From assembly GCF_964204645.1 (NCBI RefSeq), contig NC_134030.1, positions 20,668,210-20,732,209 on the forward strand: a DNA stretch of 64,000 nucleotides, given 5' to 3'. A program made the translations under genes and the position numbers. The notes below the pieces were generated by a model. That model was not told where the DNA came from and made no database searches. It was given only the letters and a program-made list of their open reading frames with translations. Shown piece after piece: positions 51,521 through 62,200 of this stretch (its first letter is position 1; each line of letters starts with the position of its first letter). The DNA comes from Tubulanus polymorphus (taxonomy: Eukaryota > Animalia > Nemertea).

Positions 51521-51660
51521 GGGGCAGGTTCCACAGTCGAGACTTAAGTCCAAAAGTGGGAGTAAGTCTTAAAATTGGTCTTAAGTTGTTAGATTGGCTA
51601 TAGAACTAATGGTCTTAGACAGCCCTTAAGTCTATAAGCGATGACTATGGAACTGGCCCC
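51521..51660. mobile_element. Short palindromic MITE, CWG-flanked (Harbinger-like)
   Basis: ctg|gggcaggttccacag ... ctatggaactggcccc|cag; reverse-orientation homologue of 40826-40965. Confidence 0.75.
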
Positions 51661-52122
51661 CAGGTGCTGTGGTCAACCCGAACCGGTGTACAGACTTGGT
51701 GTTAAGAAGAAACCTCAAGCGATCACGAAACCATAACACTAGCAAGTGACTCGAGTTTGACGAGAAAAGTCATTTTATTTTTTAGAATTGTAGTAAACGC
51801 CCATTGGTACGGTTATCCACTACTGACCTGGTGTCTGAAAGAGAGAAAAATAATGTGATTTCAGATCAAGGTTGGAATGGGTTAGTGTTTTAATGGATAA
51901 AGATATTCTGTTGTGACCCAAGCGATTTCTATCTGATCGTGTGACTTTAGAGTTACTGACTATGCAGTTGACCATTGAAAAGCATGCCGATATTTTAGCC
52001 AAAGGTATAGAATTTCAAACCGGCGTTGAATATTACAGCCTGGCACAGATACCCGAATGCGGGAATTTTGAGTTCCAGAAAGTTAAAGTTCTTTCACCAA
52101 AAATTGACCAACGGGAAAAAGA

Positions 52123-52263
52123 TGGGGCCGGTTGCATAGTCATGACTTAGACTTAAGACCAATCTAAGACCAACTTAGTTCTATAGGCAATCTAACGACT
52201 TACGACCAGTCTTAAGATTTAAGACCACGTTTGGACTTAAGTCACGACTGTGCAACTGGTCCC
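52123..52263. mobile_element. Short palindromic MITE in the 3'UTR intron of peptide gene B
   Basis: ggggccggttgcatagtc...gactgtgcaactggtccc, near-identical to 40826-40965. Not seen at the matching position in paralogue A. Confidence 0.78.
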
Positions 52264-52767
52264 TGCACTCAAAAGCAAAATCCGATCATCTTTAAAGATT
52301 CCATCCTCTGGTTCATCATGTATTCCGTACACGGAAAGGGTGATAGTTGCGAGAACAGACAGATGGACGCTTAAATCGAGTCCCTCTATCGGTTTGGGTT
52401 GCGATTTCGACGACCTATGTCTTAGTCACATTGACAACCGTCGAAATTCAGAGGTCGGATTCGAACCGCAGTCTTCGAGCGCAACAGAGCTAATAGTGAT
52501 AGGCGTGCAGTCGGGAGATTATCTGGTCAGCGTGGTGACTTTAGCGAGCGAGTGGTTACTAATCACAGGTATGGGTGGCTTTATTAACGCAGGTTAATCT
52601 TTTAATATCTTATCAAATCCAATCCCAGGTATTCTATCCAATTAGATACAATTCATGGGCACTCGAGGATGCTTTCTTTATTTTGATGGTGCTCTAAGCG
52701 GGCTTACAAATTTGTTCTTATCATTTTACGTTTCAAGTTTAGATATTGTAGTTAATTACCTGATAAT

Positions 52768-53842
52768 TCACCCTGGAGGAGGGTGACCGTAACCATAACT
52801 AGGCCCGCCGATATACCTCTCGTATTCATGGCACTCGTCCACCATCTGACAATCGGGTGGTGGAGTCTCGGGCTCGCCTGAAAATGAAATAATACCATTT
52901 AATAAAAATTATTCATTACATTGTTTTTCTGGAAAAACCGTCTACCCCACCCCGGTAAATTCGTTTCTTGCCGTATCAAATCGCGTGCCCCAATCCAGCT
53001 TCATGGAGTGCCTTCAGAAAATTGCCTTATTGGCTCAATTTATCAAGGACGCTAGCGTTAGCTCTCGGTATTAGAGCTTAGGTAATCCCTAGGGTTCATA
53101 CCTACTTTTTGGAGAATTGCGGCGGGTCGGGAATTTACCCAGGGGATTTTTCGATAGAAATAGTGAAATGGAGACACACCGAACATTTTCGAGATATCTC
53201 CTAATCGGAGTGGTTTCTATGTTTAGACTAACCGTAATCGGCTGCAGCAAACATGTCTCCAGCGATGTACAGACTGACAACCAAAACAGCAATGAATACG
53301 AGTTTCAATCTGCATATGAAAAATTTAAAAAAAAGATAAATCTTCTGTAAAGTCTTAGGCTAATGAAAACACGAGGTAACTGATAGTATAACCGAACCTA
53401 TTATCACTGAAACTAAGAGGGAAATAAACACACAGGACACAGTTTCACAGTTCTAAGTTAACATTTGACTGGAGTTAAATAAAACATAGAAAATGAACTA
53501 ATCTTAACTCTTTCTCACAACTGTGGAACCGGATCCAAATCGAATGAACTTTATTTCGAAGCATTTGAATATAAAACACGAAAATATCATGATTTACTAC
53601 AACCAAATAAACATAAAATGAATTGAAATATTTCGTTCAGTAAAACGATTCGTAATAAAAGTACAATAAACTTGGTTGAATTAAAAATTGAAAAATGTGG
53701 CCAATAGCATATACAAAAGAGTTTTCCAGGTTTCTTGCAAAATGACTCAAATTCCCTTTAGTTTTCAAGATTTTCAATTCCCTCAGTTTGATGGTAAGTA
53801 ACCGACCGGTGCGCTGAATACGTGATAAGCGGCTTACCTCAT
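52768..53842 (-). CDS. Small secreted C-x5-C peptide precursor B (63 aa)
   Basis: complement(join(52768..52877,53233..53309,53838..53842)) = MRLKLVFIAVLVVSLYIAGDMFAAADYGEPETPPPDCQMVDECHEYERYIGGPSYGYGHPPPG*. TATAAA at 53939-53934; 3'UTR exon from 51834 with AATAAA at 51779-51774. Confidence 0.8.
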
Positions 53843-54457
53843 GTTTGATGCTCGGTACTGTTGCGTCGCCAGGTAAGAGTCACAGATAGAAACTCGACTG
53901 GTTTCGATCCCAGACGCAGTCCAGGTTTAAACCTTTATAACGAAATAGCTGTCACTGTCGATTACACGTGTCACCATTTCGAGTCATTGTTTTTACAACG
54001 GGTGAAATATTACGACGAGTCTCCGCGTCAGCCCGGAAATAACATTTCAATTGTCCGAAGTTCTCAAGACAAATTACAAACGCGCCAGGTTTCGGTTTTA
54101 CTTGTCAACGGCCGAATCGATGATTCGCGTTCTTAGACGCATTATCGACAAAATCTGCGTTCCAGGGCGCATTATTGATAGTAGTTTCAATGATTCATTT
54201 GATTCCCGTCACGAGATGCACTATTAACAAAATCTGCGTCACGGGAAGGTACGCGATGAATGATTTTATTCGAGTTTTGAGACGCATTTTCGTAATTGTT
54301 ATTTACAACATTAATCTACAACATCTGCGTCTTAGGACGCATTTACAATCATTCTTTCCAGGAGCCGTTAGATTTACGACTTGAGACACATTCCAATATC
54401 TGCTCTACAGAATTGCGTCATCGAGGAATCTTTAGATTTGAGACGCGCTTTGTCATA

Positions 54458-54745
54458 AGCCGCGAACACACGGAGACGATTTGGCTCGGGCCAAATTGGC
54501 ACGGATCAGGCTCGGGCCAAATTTGGCCCGTGCCTAATTAGAGAGCGCGTTCACACGCAAACCATTCACTCGATACTAAACAATGCTCAAACAAAGCGAA
54601 GTGAATCATTTCCGGTGCTAGTTGCAATTCAAACGCAATCATTTGTCTGGTGCTAAAATTTGGCTCGGGCCCATTTGGCACCCGTATGAACAGTTGTTCC
54701 GGGCCAAATTTGGCCCGGGCCAAAATTGCTCGTGTGATCGCAGCT
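54458..54745. mobile_element. Second, inverted copy of the AGCCGCGATCACA MITE
   Basis: High similarity to the reverse complement of 41461-41760; TA-rich flanks. Confidence 0.8.
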
Positions 54746-55299
54746 TTAAGTGTTTGCACCATGAAATGTTCTTCTAGCTCATTTCTAGGTTCGCACCTAA
54801 AACGGGTTGAAAAAAGCCGCCATAGTTTATCGTTAACCCCCTAATCCCTCGTCCCTCAATGCAATATCGTTTCAAAGATTAATCGATTCGAACAGGAACA
54901 GTATGGCGCACATGAATCTAGATCATTTCGAATTTTTATCGAACTTATGCGATGAAAAGACACTAAAAACATTTCGGCCACATGTTGAACGGGAATCGTT
55001 TCTCATTTCGGTTTAAAAGATCGTTATTGATGACATCGAACGTCTGTTTCATATCGTTTATCTTATTTCGTTAATGATTAGATTTTGCCGTCTATACTAA
55101 CCGGACAACCAGGTGGCGCTGAGCTCTACTTCGATAGGTGACATTGCGGTGAGTGGTTCAAGTCATGTACTGAAAGTCCTTGTTTGATCTACTGACGTCG
55201 TCGAGGCTTCGTGAGTGTCATGAATTTCTGCCTTCTACATCAGTTTTATAGGGCCGGACTGAATATTTTCGCCGTAAACGACAGACTTCTGTCTACCTG

Positions 55300-55407
55300 G
55301 ACCCAGTTCCACAGTTGTGAGTTAGAGTTAACTCCGAGTTAAAACTAGTTTATTTTCAATTAGTTGACTCTGAGTTAAATCTTAACTCAGAACTGTGGAA
55401 CTGGCTC
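55300..55407. mobile_element. ~110-bp MITE (CCAGTTCCACAGTTGTGAG termini) with CTG TSD
   Basis: ctg|gacccagttccacag...ctgtggaactggctc|ctg. Copies at 45943-46052, ~53437-53537 and ~31449-31543, and a degenerate one at ~8345-8442. Confidence 0.8.
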
Positions 55408-56446
55408 CTGGCGTTAGACATTAACCAACCATTGTTGTTTAAAATCGATACCAATTTGTTCAGTTTTCGTTTTTGATATCGGATATAAAACGCCGCCAAA
55501 AGCTCTGTATCGGATTTTATACAACCAACTCGCAATTTTACAAAATTTAGTTTTGAATTCCGTAACCAATACGCGTTTTTCAACAGAAAGTGTTGAATTT
55601 GTCATAGTTGTGCCGTCATCATACGCCAGATGGCGCTGAAGTGAATCTTTTAATAAAATGATTTTAATAAATCCAATTTTTAAGTTGCTAAATTTATCAA
55701 ATTATGTCTAGATGTATATAGATCCCTCCGGTAGTGTGTGTAAATAGTATATTGTAAATAACGTTTGTAATGTTTCAAAGTGCTTTTATCTACTGTTTTT
55801 GTAAATAATATACCATGGGAATGGTTGGTCGAGTGTAATAAATATTCGTATTCGTATTCGTATTCGTAATAGTTAGTATGATGGCCTTATGCACCAGGTG
55901 GCGCTCACCTACAAATATCGGTATGACTCAGGGTCATGAACCAAATCATCGTTTCAGCTACCACGGGCAGTTTCTGTTCTATACTTTCAGTTAACGTACA
56001 ACCTAACACACCTCAGTCTTCTAATGGTCTCGTCCATTTGTATTTCATATCGATATTTTCCTTAAATTCTGCAATTCCTGAAGTATTTAAACTCGGTTAA
56101 AAGTTCCTCCCACCATCTGCAGCAATGCGATCCATTTATAAAATCAATGAACGAACGAAACTATATGTTTCTAAAATATGAAAATGATCTTTATTCAAGC
56201 TGATTCGGATGGTCGTCACAATGCGGCGTCATTCATTCGCGATCGGGCGCTTTGAAATAACCACGACTATATGGGTGATAGTAAGGCAGAAATGGCCTGA
56301 AATAGCCGCCGTCGGGTGTGTACGTGTACCGGTGAACGTACGGCGTGTGCGCGTAGATACCCGTATAATACTCAGCTGAAATTGAAATGATTTTATCGCT
56401 GTTACATTGGAATAGAGTGATGGAAATATCCGCTTCCCGCCTATTT

Positions 56447-56784
56447 CATCCTCCCCCGGCAGGGATTCGAACCTGATGGCATCGAGATTGCCACGGCACG
56501 AAACCCTGCCACAATCGACCGTGTGCGCAGATACATGCGCAGTTCAGATGATGTGATTTTTAGCCAATCAGAAATCCCGTTTTATTTTAGCCCGGGTTTT
56601 CCCATTTATAGTTCCTCCTCGAAATTTGCCTCAACGATTATACAACGAGCAATCTGATTGGTGCCGCCAGTTTTCGTTCGGATAGTGCGCATGTAACTGC
56701 GCACATGGTCGTCTATGGCAGGGGTTCGTACCGTGGCTGAGTGTAGCGATGCCATCAGGTTCGAGTCCCTGCAGAGGGAGGATG
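56447..56784. mobile_element. Second copy of the CATCCTCCC-terminus MITE, 8-bp TSD
   Basis: Long TIRs, with the direct repeat GCCTATTT on both sides. Confidence 0.85.
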
Positions 56785-56851
56785 GCCTATTTAAAAATCC
56801 CCTGAATTTGTCCATGTTTCGCGTGGTGATAAAGAAACACTGTCCAATAAC

Positions 56852-57045
56852 AAGTAACGAGACGCGTAGTACTGTAAAGGTTAACTATTATTTATTTGAC
56901 GCACGAGCTTTCGCGTCTAATGAATAGAAGCTTCATCAGGTGAATGAGTCACTCATTCACCCGATGAAGCTTTTATACATTAGAGGCGAAAGCTCGTGCG
57001 TCAAATAAATAGTTAACCTATACAGTACTACTCGTCTCGTTACTT
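56852..57045. repeat. ~190-bp near-perfect palindrome made of two head-to-head Penelope-like pLTR ends
   Basis: aagtaacgag...gacgcacgagctttcgc | gcgaaagctcgtgcgtc...ctcgttactt, centred at ~56950. A fragment of the same family lies at 51290-51400. Confidence 0.85.
56902..56942 (-). ncRNA. Hammerhead ribozyme motif (second Penelope-like family)
   Basis: The - strand reads CAC-CTGATGA-A-GC..GC-GAAAGCTC-GTG. The mirror copy on + at 56958-56998 has the mutated core CCGATGA. Confidence 0.65.
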
Positions 57046-59255
57046 ATTTTGAACCTGGTTAACACGGCTACTCTGCGAATATTCTCATGAAATAATGAAT
57101 AAAGTATTTTTCAAACATATTTTGAATTCTACGACTAATACTCTACGAATATGTCCAATAACAAGAACCAATAACCAATAACCTCGATATTTCCAGGTTT
57201 TGTAGAATTTGTCAAATTGACCGGGATTTTTTTCGGATTTTCCAGATCGGTTCAAGATTTGTTGGGCGTACAAAATTACGAGAATATTAGAATTGACGCG
57301 CGTCCTACTTTCCCTAGGCACGTCATCTAGTGGATAAGATTAATAGTCATAGTTTCTTTCGATAGTCCTGTTCTATGTTGACTTACCCACAACCGTGCAC
57401 GCCACGACAACTAACACGACAAGCAAACTCGCGAACAAATTAATCCTGCAAAGAAGATAGAAATTCTGAGTTATATCGAAATAGTGATTTAGTTAAGTTT
57501 CTGCAGACCTTGGTCGACTATACGAAACGAAAGTCCTTTTTAACGCAAACGTTGGGAAAAACATGGCGTTAAAACGAATTTGGTTGCTTCAAGAATGGTA
57601 TTTCCTTCGCATTTGATTAAGATAAGGCAAATCTATTCTCTGATCTGAGTTTTGATCCACTTACTTGAACATGGTATCCGCTCATTCGCTTCTTATTTTT
57701 ATCGGCAGAGCGATCGCGGTATTTTTGCGAGTGTTTTTATGCAGTTTTAACGATTTATCATTGAGTCGACAGGTGTCGCTAATATGTTTTAACCGTATAA
57801 TCATAGTGAACATCGAGTCTATTGTTAAAAAGATATGATATATTATTCAGGTGCTACATTTGAAAAACAATAAGTGAGGCGTCATCAATATTCGCTGCGT
57901 CTAGAAGGTTTTGTCGGGCTAAGGTTGAGGGATTTTTTAAGCGTTCGTTCAATGAAAATCCGAAGCCAATCAATAAGCCAAAAAATGTAAGAAAAACAAA
58001 AAAGATTTCCACTCGATTCTATGAGCTATTTCAAAATGGTCGTCGTGAAACGGTATATAAACTATTTTTTGCTTTCTTGCTGTATTTGAAATTGATATGT
58101 AGTTTGTACTTCGCGTGTATATAAACGAAACAGGTGTTGTTTTGATAAATGACTGGATGTCAGTGTTTCAATTCTCTACGCGTATGCACACCCTGGAACC
58201 ACGTACGTTTGTTTTCCAATTGACAACTATGAACTTAATGATTATGAAACATATGATTATCATACGGATTACATAGGAATGATACGAATAGTATAGATAT
58301 ATGCGTTGTAAGACCATTTACTTCTTGTTTTTTATTCAGATATATTAGAATTAATATGTGAGGACGGAATCTTCAGGGGATCTCAAAGTTTTAGGTGGTT
58401 TCTGGATCCCCGGTGGACACTCCCCGGTTTCGCCGCTGAGAGTCTCTACTTAGGATGTATGGTCATATTATCGTGATGGATGTTATCGCAATGCAGCGAC
58501 AGTGACGACGGGCATGACCGAGTAGGCCCTACGGCACATGTGCAGAATACGATCTTATAATCGAGTAGAAGTTGAAACAGTTCAAAGGCAATGAAATCAA
58601 AGCTGAATTTCGAATTAATCGGTAAGTTTTGTTTACAATTTCACTATAAACTCCGTTAAAACTTCATACTATTATTTTTACAAAATATTGTTCGCCCAAG
58701 ATATCATGGGTAATAGACCAATGAAGGGTTTGCGGCCAGGCTTTGCATTACCGTAGCTTCAGCGAACGGCAATCAAACCCTGGCAAGCGAGGATGGCCGT
58801 GGGTATTTGAACCTGATGATATCGTCGTATTCGAACAGGTTCCTCCCTCGGGGGGATTTGACAGTGTTTCTATTTTGAAATTCCACATTTGTGTTCAATT
58901 ATTTCGAAATTCAAATATTATAATCAATTCAGTTCTCTTTCGAAACATCACAAATATTGCTACTAGAACTGAACGCGTTATGTAAATATTCAGCAGTTGA
59001 AAATGAGGAATTGATCGCAGTGAAATCGACGTGCATATTTTACAAAACGTCGGTAATTACTGGAAAATCGACTCGGACGAATAAAAATTTTAACCGCACG
59101 AAAAATCCAAACATTTCAGAAATAATTGCAGCAGCAACGAAAAATATTTTTTTCAAAGAATTCTCAGCGAATTTTCTGATTGGACGAACTGTAATCTGTG
59201 TCGATTTCGTAAAGCTATGCAAGTTTTGATTATTCAGTAGAGATTGTTGTTCGGC

Positions 59256-62200
59256 ATGGATCGACTGAGAGCGCTGTTTATAGCGTCGCTGATCGTCTGG
59301 CGAGTTAACATCGCACACGCTGATCTGTCTGACTCTGTGGCGGTCAGTTCGTCTTGTAACAACACTTGGTACCCCGTCGATTCTACGTCCGGTTACATCG
59401 TTTCACCGAATTACCCGTCGTTAACGCGCGGTGTTGATTGTCGTTGGTTCGTCAACAGCTCTTTACCGGGAACTTTCAACATCGAACTATACTACGACAT
59501 CGAGCCGTCGATATTCTGTAGTGATAACTACCTTCTCGTCGGTGAGTCCGATAACAGATTCTGCGGTGAAGGAAAACACGAAATCAGCCGTAACGATTCG
59601 ATCTCGTTGAGGTTAAGAAGTAACGTCGATGGTGCGCGGGGTAGTCGGGTTTATGTCATATATCGTTTAGAACGAAACAATTTGAAATTGATTCACAACT
59701 GCATTTTGTACAGTATAAACAATTTACAAACACCGAGAGGATACAAATTCGTAATATCTTTAAAGCGATGTAAATTGTATTTGGAATGGATCGAGATCCC
59801 GGATGGTTTTGCTATGAATTTGACGTTTACACAAATAGATTTCAGATTATCTCCTGGCGCTCATTCAGTGACAACTGTTCAAATTTACGACGGATGGAAC
59901 ACCAGCAGTGACCTTATGGCTGATATACCGGAACAAACCGGACATCCACCTTCATCATTCTATTCTAAAACAAACAAAGCCATTATCGATACACATCTAT
60001 TGTCCTTTAAATCACAACTATCAGTTCAGGTGTATAGAATATCTGATTGGAACGTCTCTAATCCGTTAATCCAAATCTCTAATAACGAGTCTGGAGTGCT
60101 CATTCCCGATGACAACAGTTTACACGTAATAACTCGATCAAAACATTTACACTGCTGGTCTATCACAGTGCAGGTGTTACAGTACGTCGTCTTCAACTGG
60201 ACACGTGATCTCAGCACACCCGGTGACGTCATCGGTGTATATAAACTAGAAGGGTTACGCGTTGTAGGAACTGATATTTTACTCGGTTACAACTACCTGG
60301 AATCACTGAGTGTTAAATCTGACGGCTTTCTCGTCATACTGTGCGTTTTAATAAGACTAGGTGTTTTACAATCGAATGTAAGAATTGAATTTGAAGTAAA
60401 AGCTATTTCTATGGGAGACGTCCTAGTGCACAAACACAGGGTGAGTAAATTAGATGAAAGGTAACACATTTTTTGAACCACAGATAATAAAATGAAAAAG
60501 GAAATATGAAACATAGAAACATAAATAATTCTAAAAGGAAACATTATGGCACATATTAAAAATCCGATTCGAAAAAAAGCTTGTCCCGGTTTTGGATAAG
60601 ATGCTGTTTGTTAGATTCATTTCAACAACATCTTTTATGTTTTTAGAATATAATCTTTTTTAAATGATGATTTATTTTGTAGATATCTGGCTTCAGTGCC
60701 ACATTACCTTCGCTTGATATGTTCCCGACGATAAAGAAGACTACATTTATGTACCGTATAAATACATACGAATTAAAACGGAAAGTTGATATCTATGAGA
60801 ATGGATTGAAACTGGCAGTTTTATCAGAGACGTGCGAGAGAGCTGGATTTTATATATATGATGGTGGTAATTTTACAGCTAGACGCTATGGTCCGTATTG
60901 TCCTGGTTATAAATACGGTCGTCACGTCGTCAGTCTGATTACATCAGGAGGACCAGTTACTGTAGTAGGGTACGCTTATAACTGGGACGATTGGGTAACA
61001 GTGCGAGGAGTCGATCGAATAGAGTCATTAACAAGAGGAGGTTCTCTCAGCTTCATCCCTTCTGACTGCAACGGGTATATTTTACGGGATGGAGAAAATC
61101 AGATCAATATGACGTCACACTGTCTGGTGATTACACCTGAAAACCGGCGCCTTCCTCTAGAAAATATAGATATATTATCAGAATATGAATATCAAATTGA
61201 TGCGTGTCTTGTGCGATACACGAGTAGATTATGTGACAGACAAATGAGTTTATCAAATCAGTTTCTCAATAACAGTTTTGTATTAAACACTGTGAAATTG
61301 TTCTACAAATATCAATTCTGGAATGATAGATTGATAGTTAAACTACGTCGTAAATGTCAGGGAGCGAAAAAACCTTCACAATCTAAATCTGGTGTTTCAT
61401 TTTTCCCGGATAGGGATGAATGTGGAATCGTACAATCACCGAACTATCCGGGATCGGCGGGATATACTTCGAAATCTTCTTATTACAACTTCGAAAATCC
61501 GAGAGAAAATAATCAATTTCAATATTACAGATTTATAATCAAATTTATTCAGACTTTAACGTGCAGTGAAATAACTGGATCAAATGAAGATCCAGTTCTT
61601 TTCAAGGAACAGATACATGACCTTTACAATAATGGATTAGTTGTTTTAGGGAGCGAAGCCAAACATCAAACTAAAATATGTGGAACTATGGCTTCAAGTG
61701 GAAGTGTATTTTATAGTTTAAGGGACAATGAATTGTATTTTGAGATACAAAATCTCATTCCCTCATTTCAAATACAATACAATTTAGAAAACTCGTTACC
61801 ATTAAAACAGTTCGATAAAATCGGCTGTAAATCAGGATTTGTAGATTTGGGAATTTCCTGCGTCAAATACATCAAAAATGAACGTCTGGATTGGGAGAAC
61901 GCTGAAATGTACTGTCAACACAAATACGGAGGACATCTTCTCAGTATCAACTCACAAGATGAAATGATTTCTGTCAAAAGATTATTCGCCACGAAACTGC
62001 TTAGAAAGGGATATACCCAGGAGGCGCTTATAATGATGATCGGGCTAAAATTCAAGGTAACTTACACTCGACAAATGATAAAAAATTAACATCGAATTTG
62101 TACTCTAAGAGATTCCAAATTGATGTGTCATTTTATGGCATTATTAAGTATATATCACATCTATATAGGACTTATGTTAATTTCCATGGTTGTGGTGAAA

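Noticed and set aside
53233-53309. Peptide gene B as a pseudogene because of ATG>TTG
   Set aside because: An in-frame ATG at the end of exon 1 restores the reading frame, and splice sites, TATA and polyA signal are intact.
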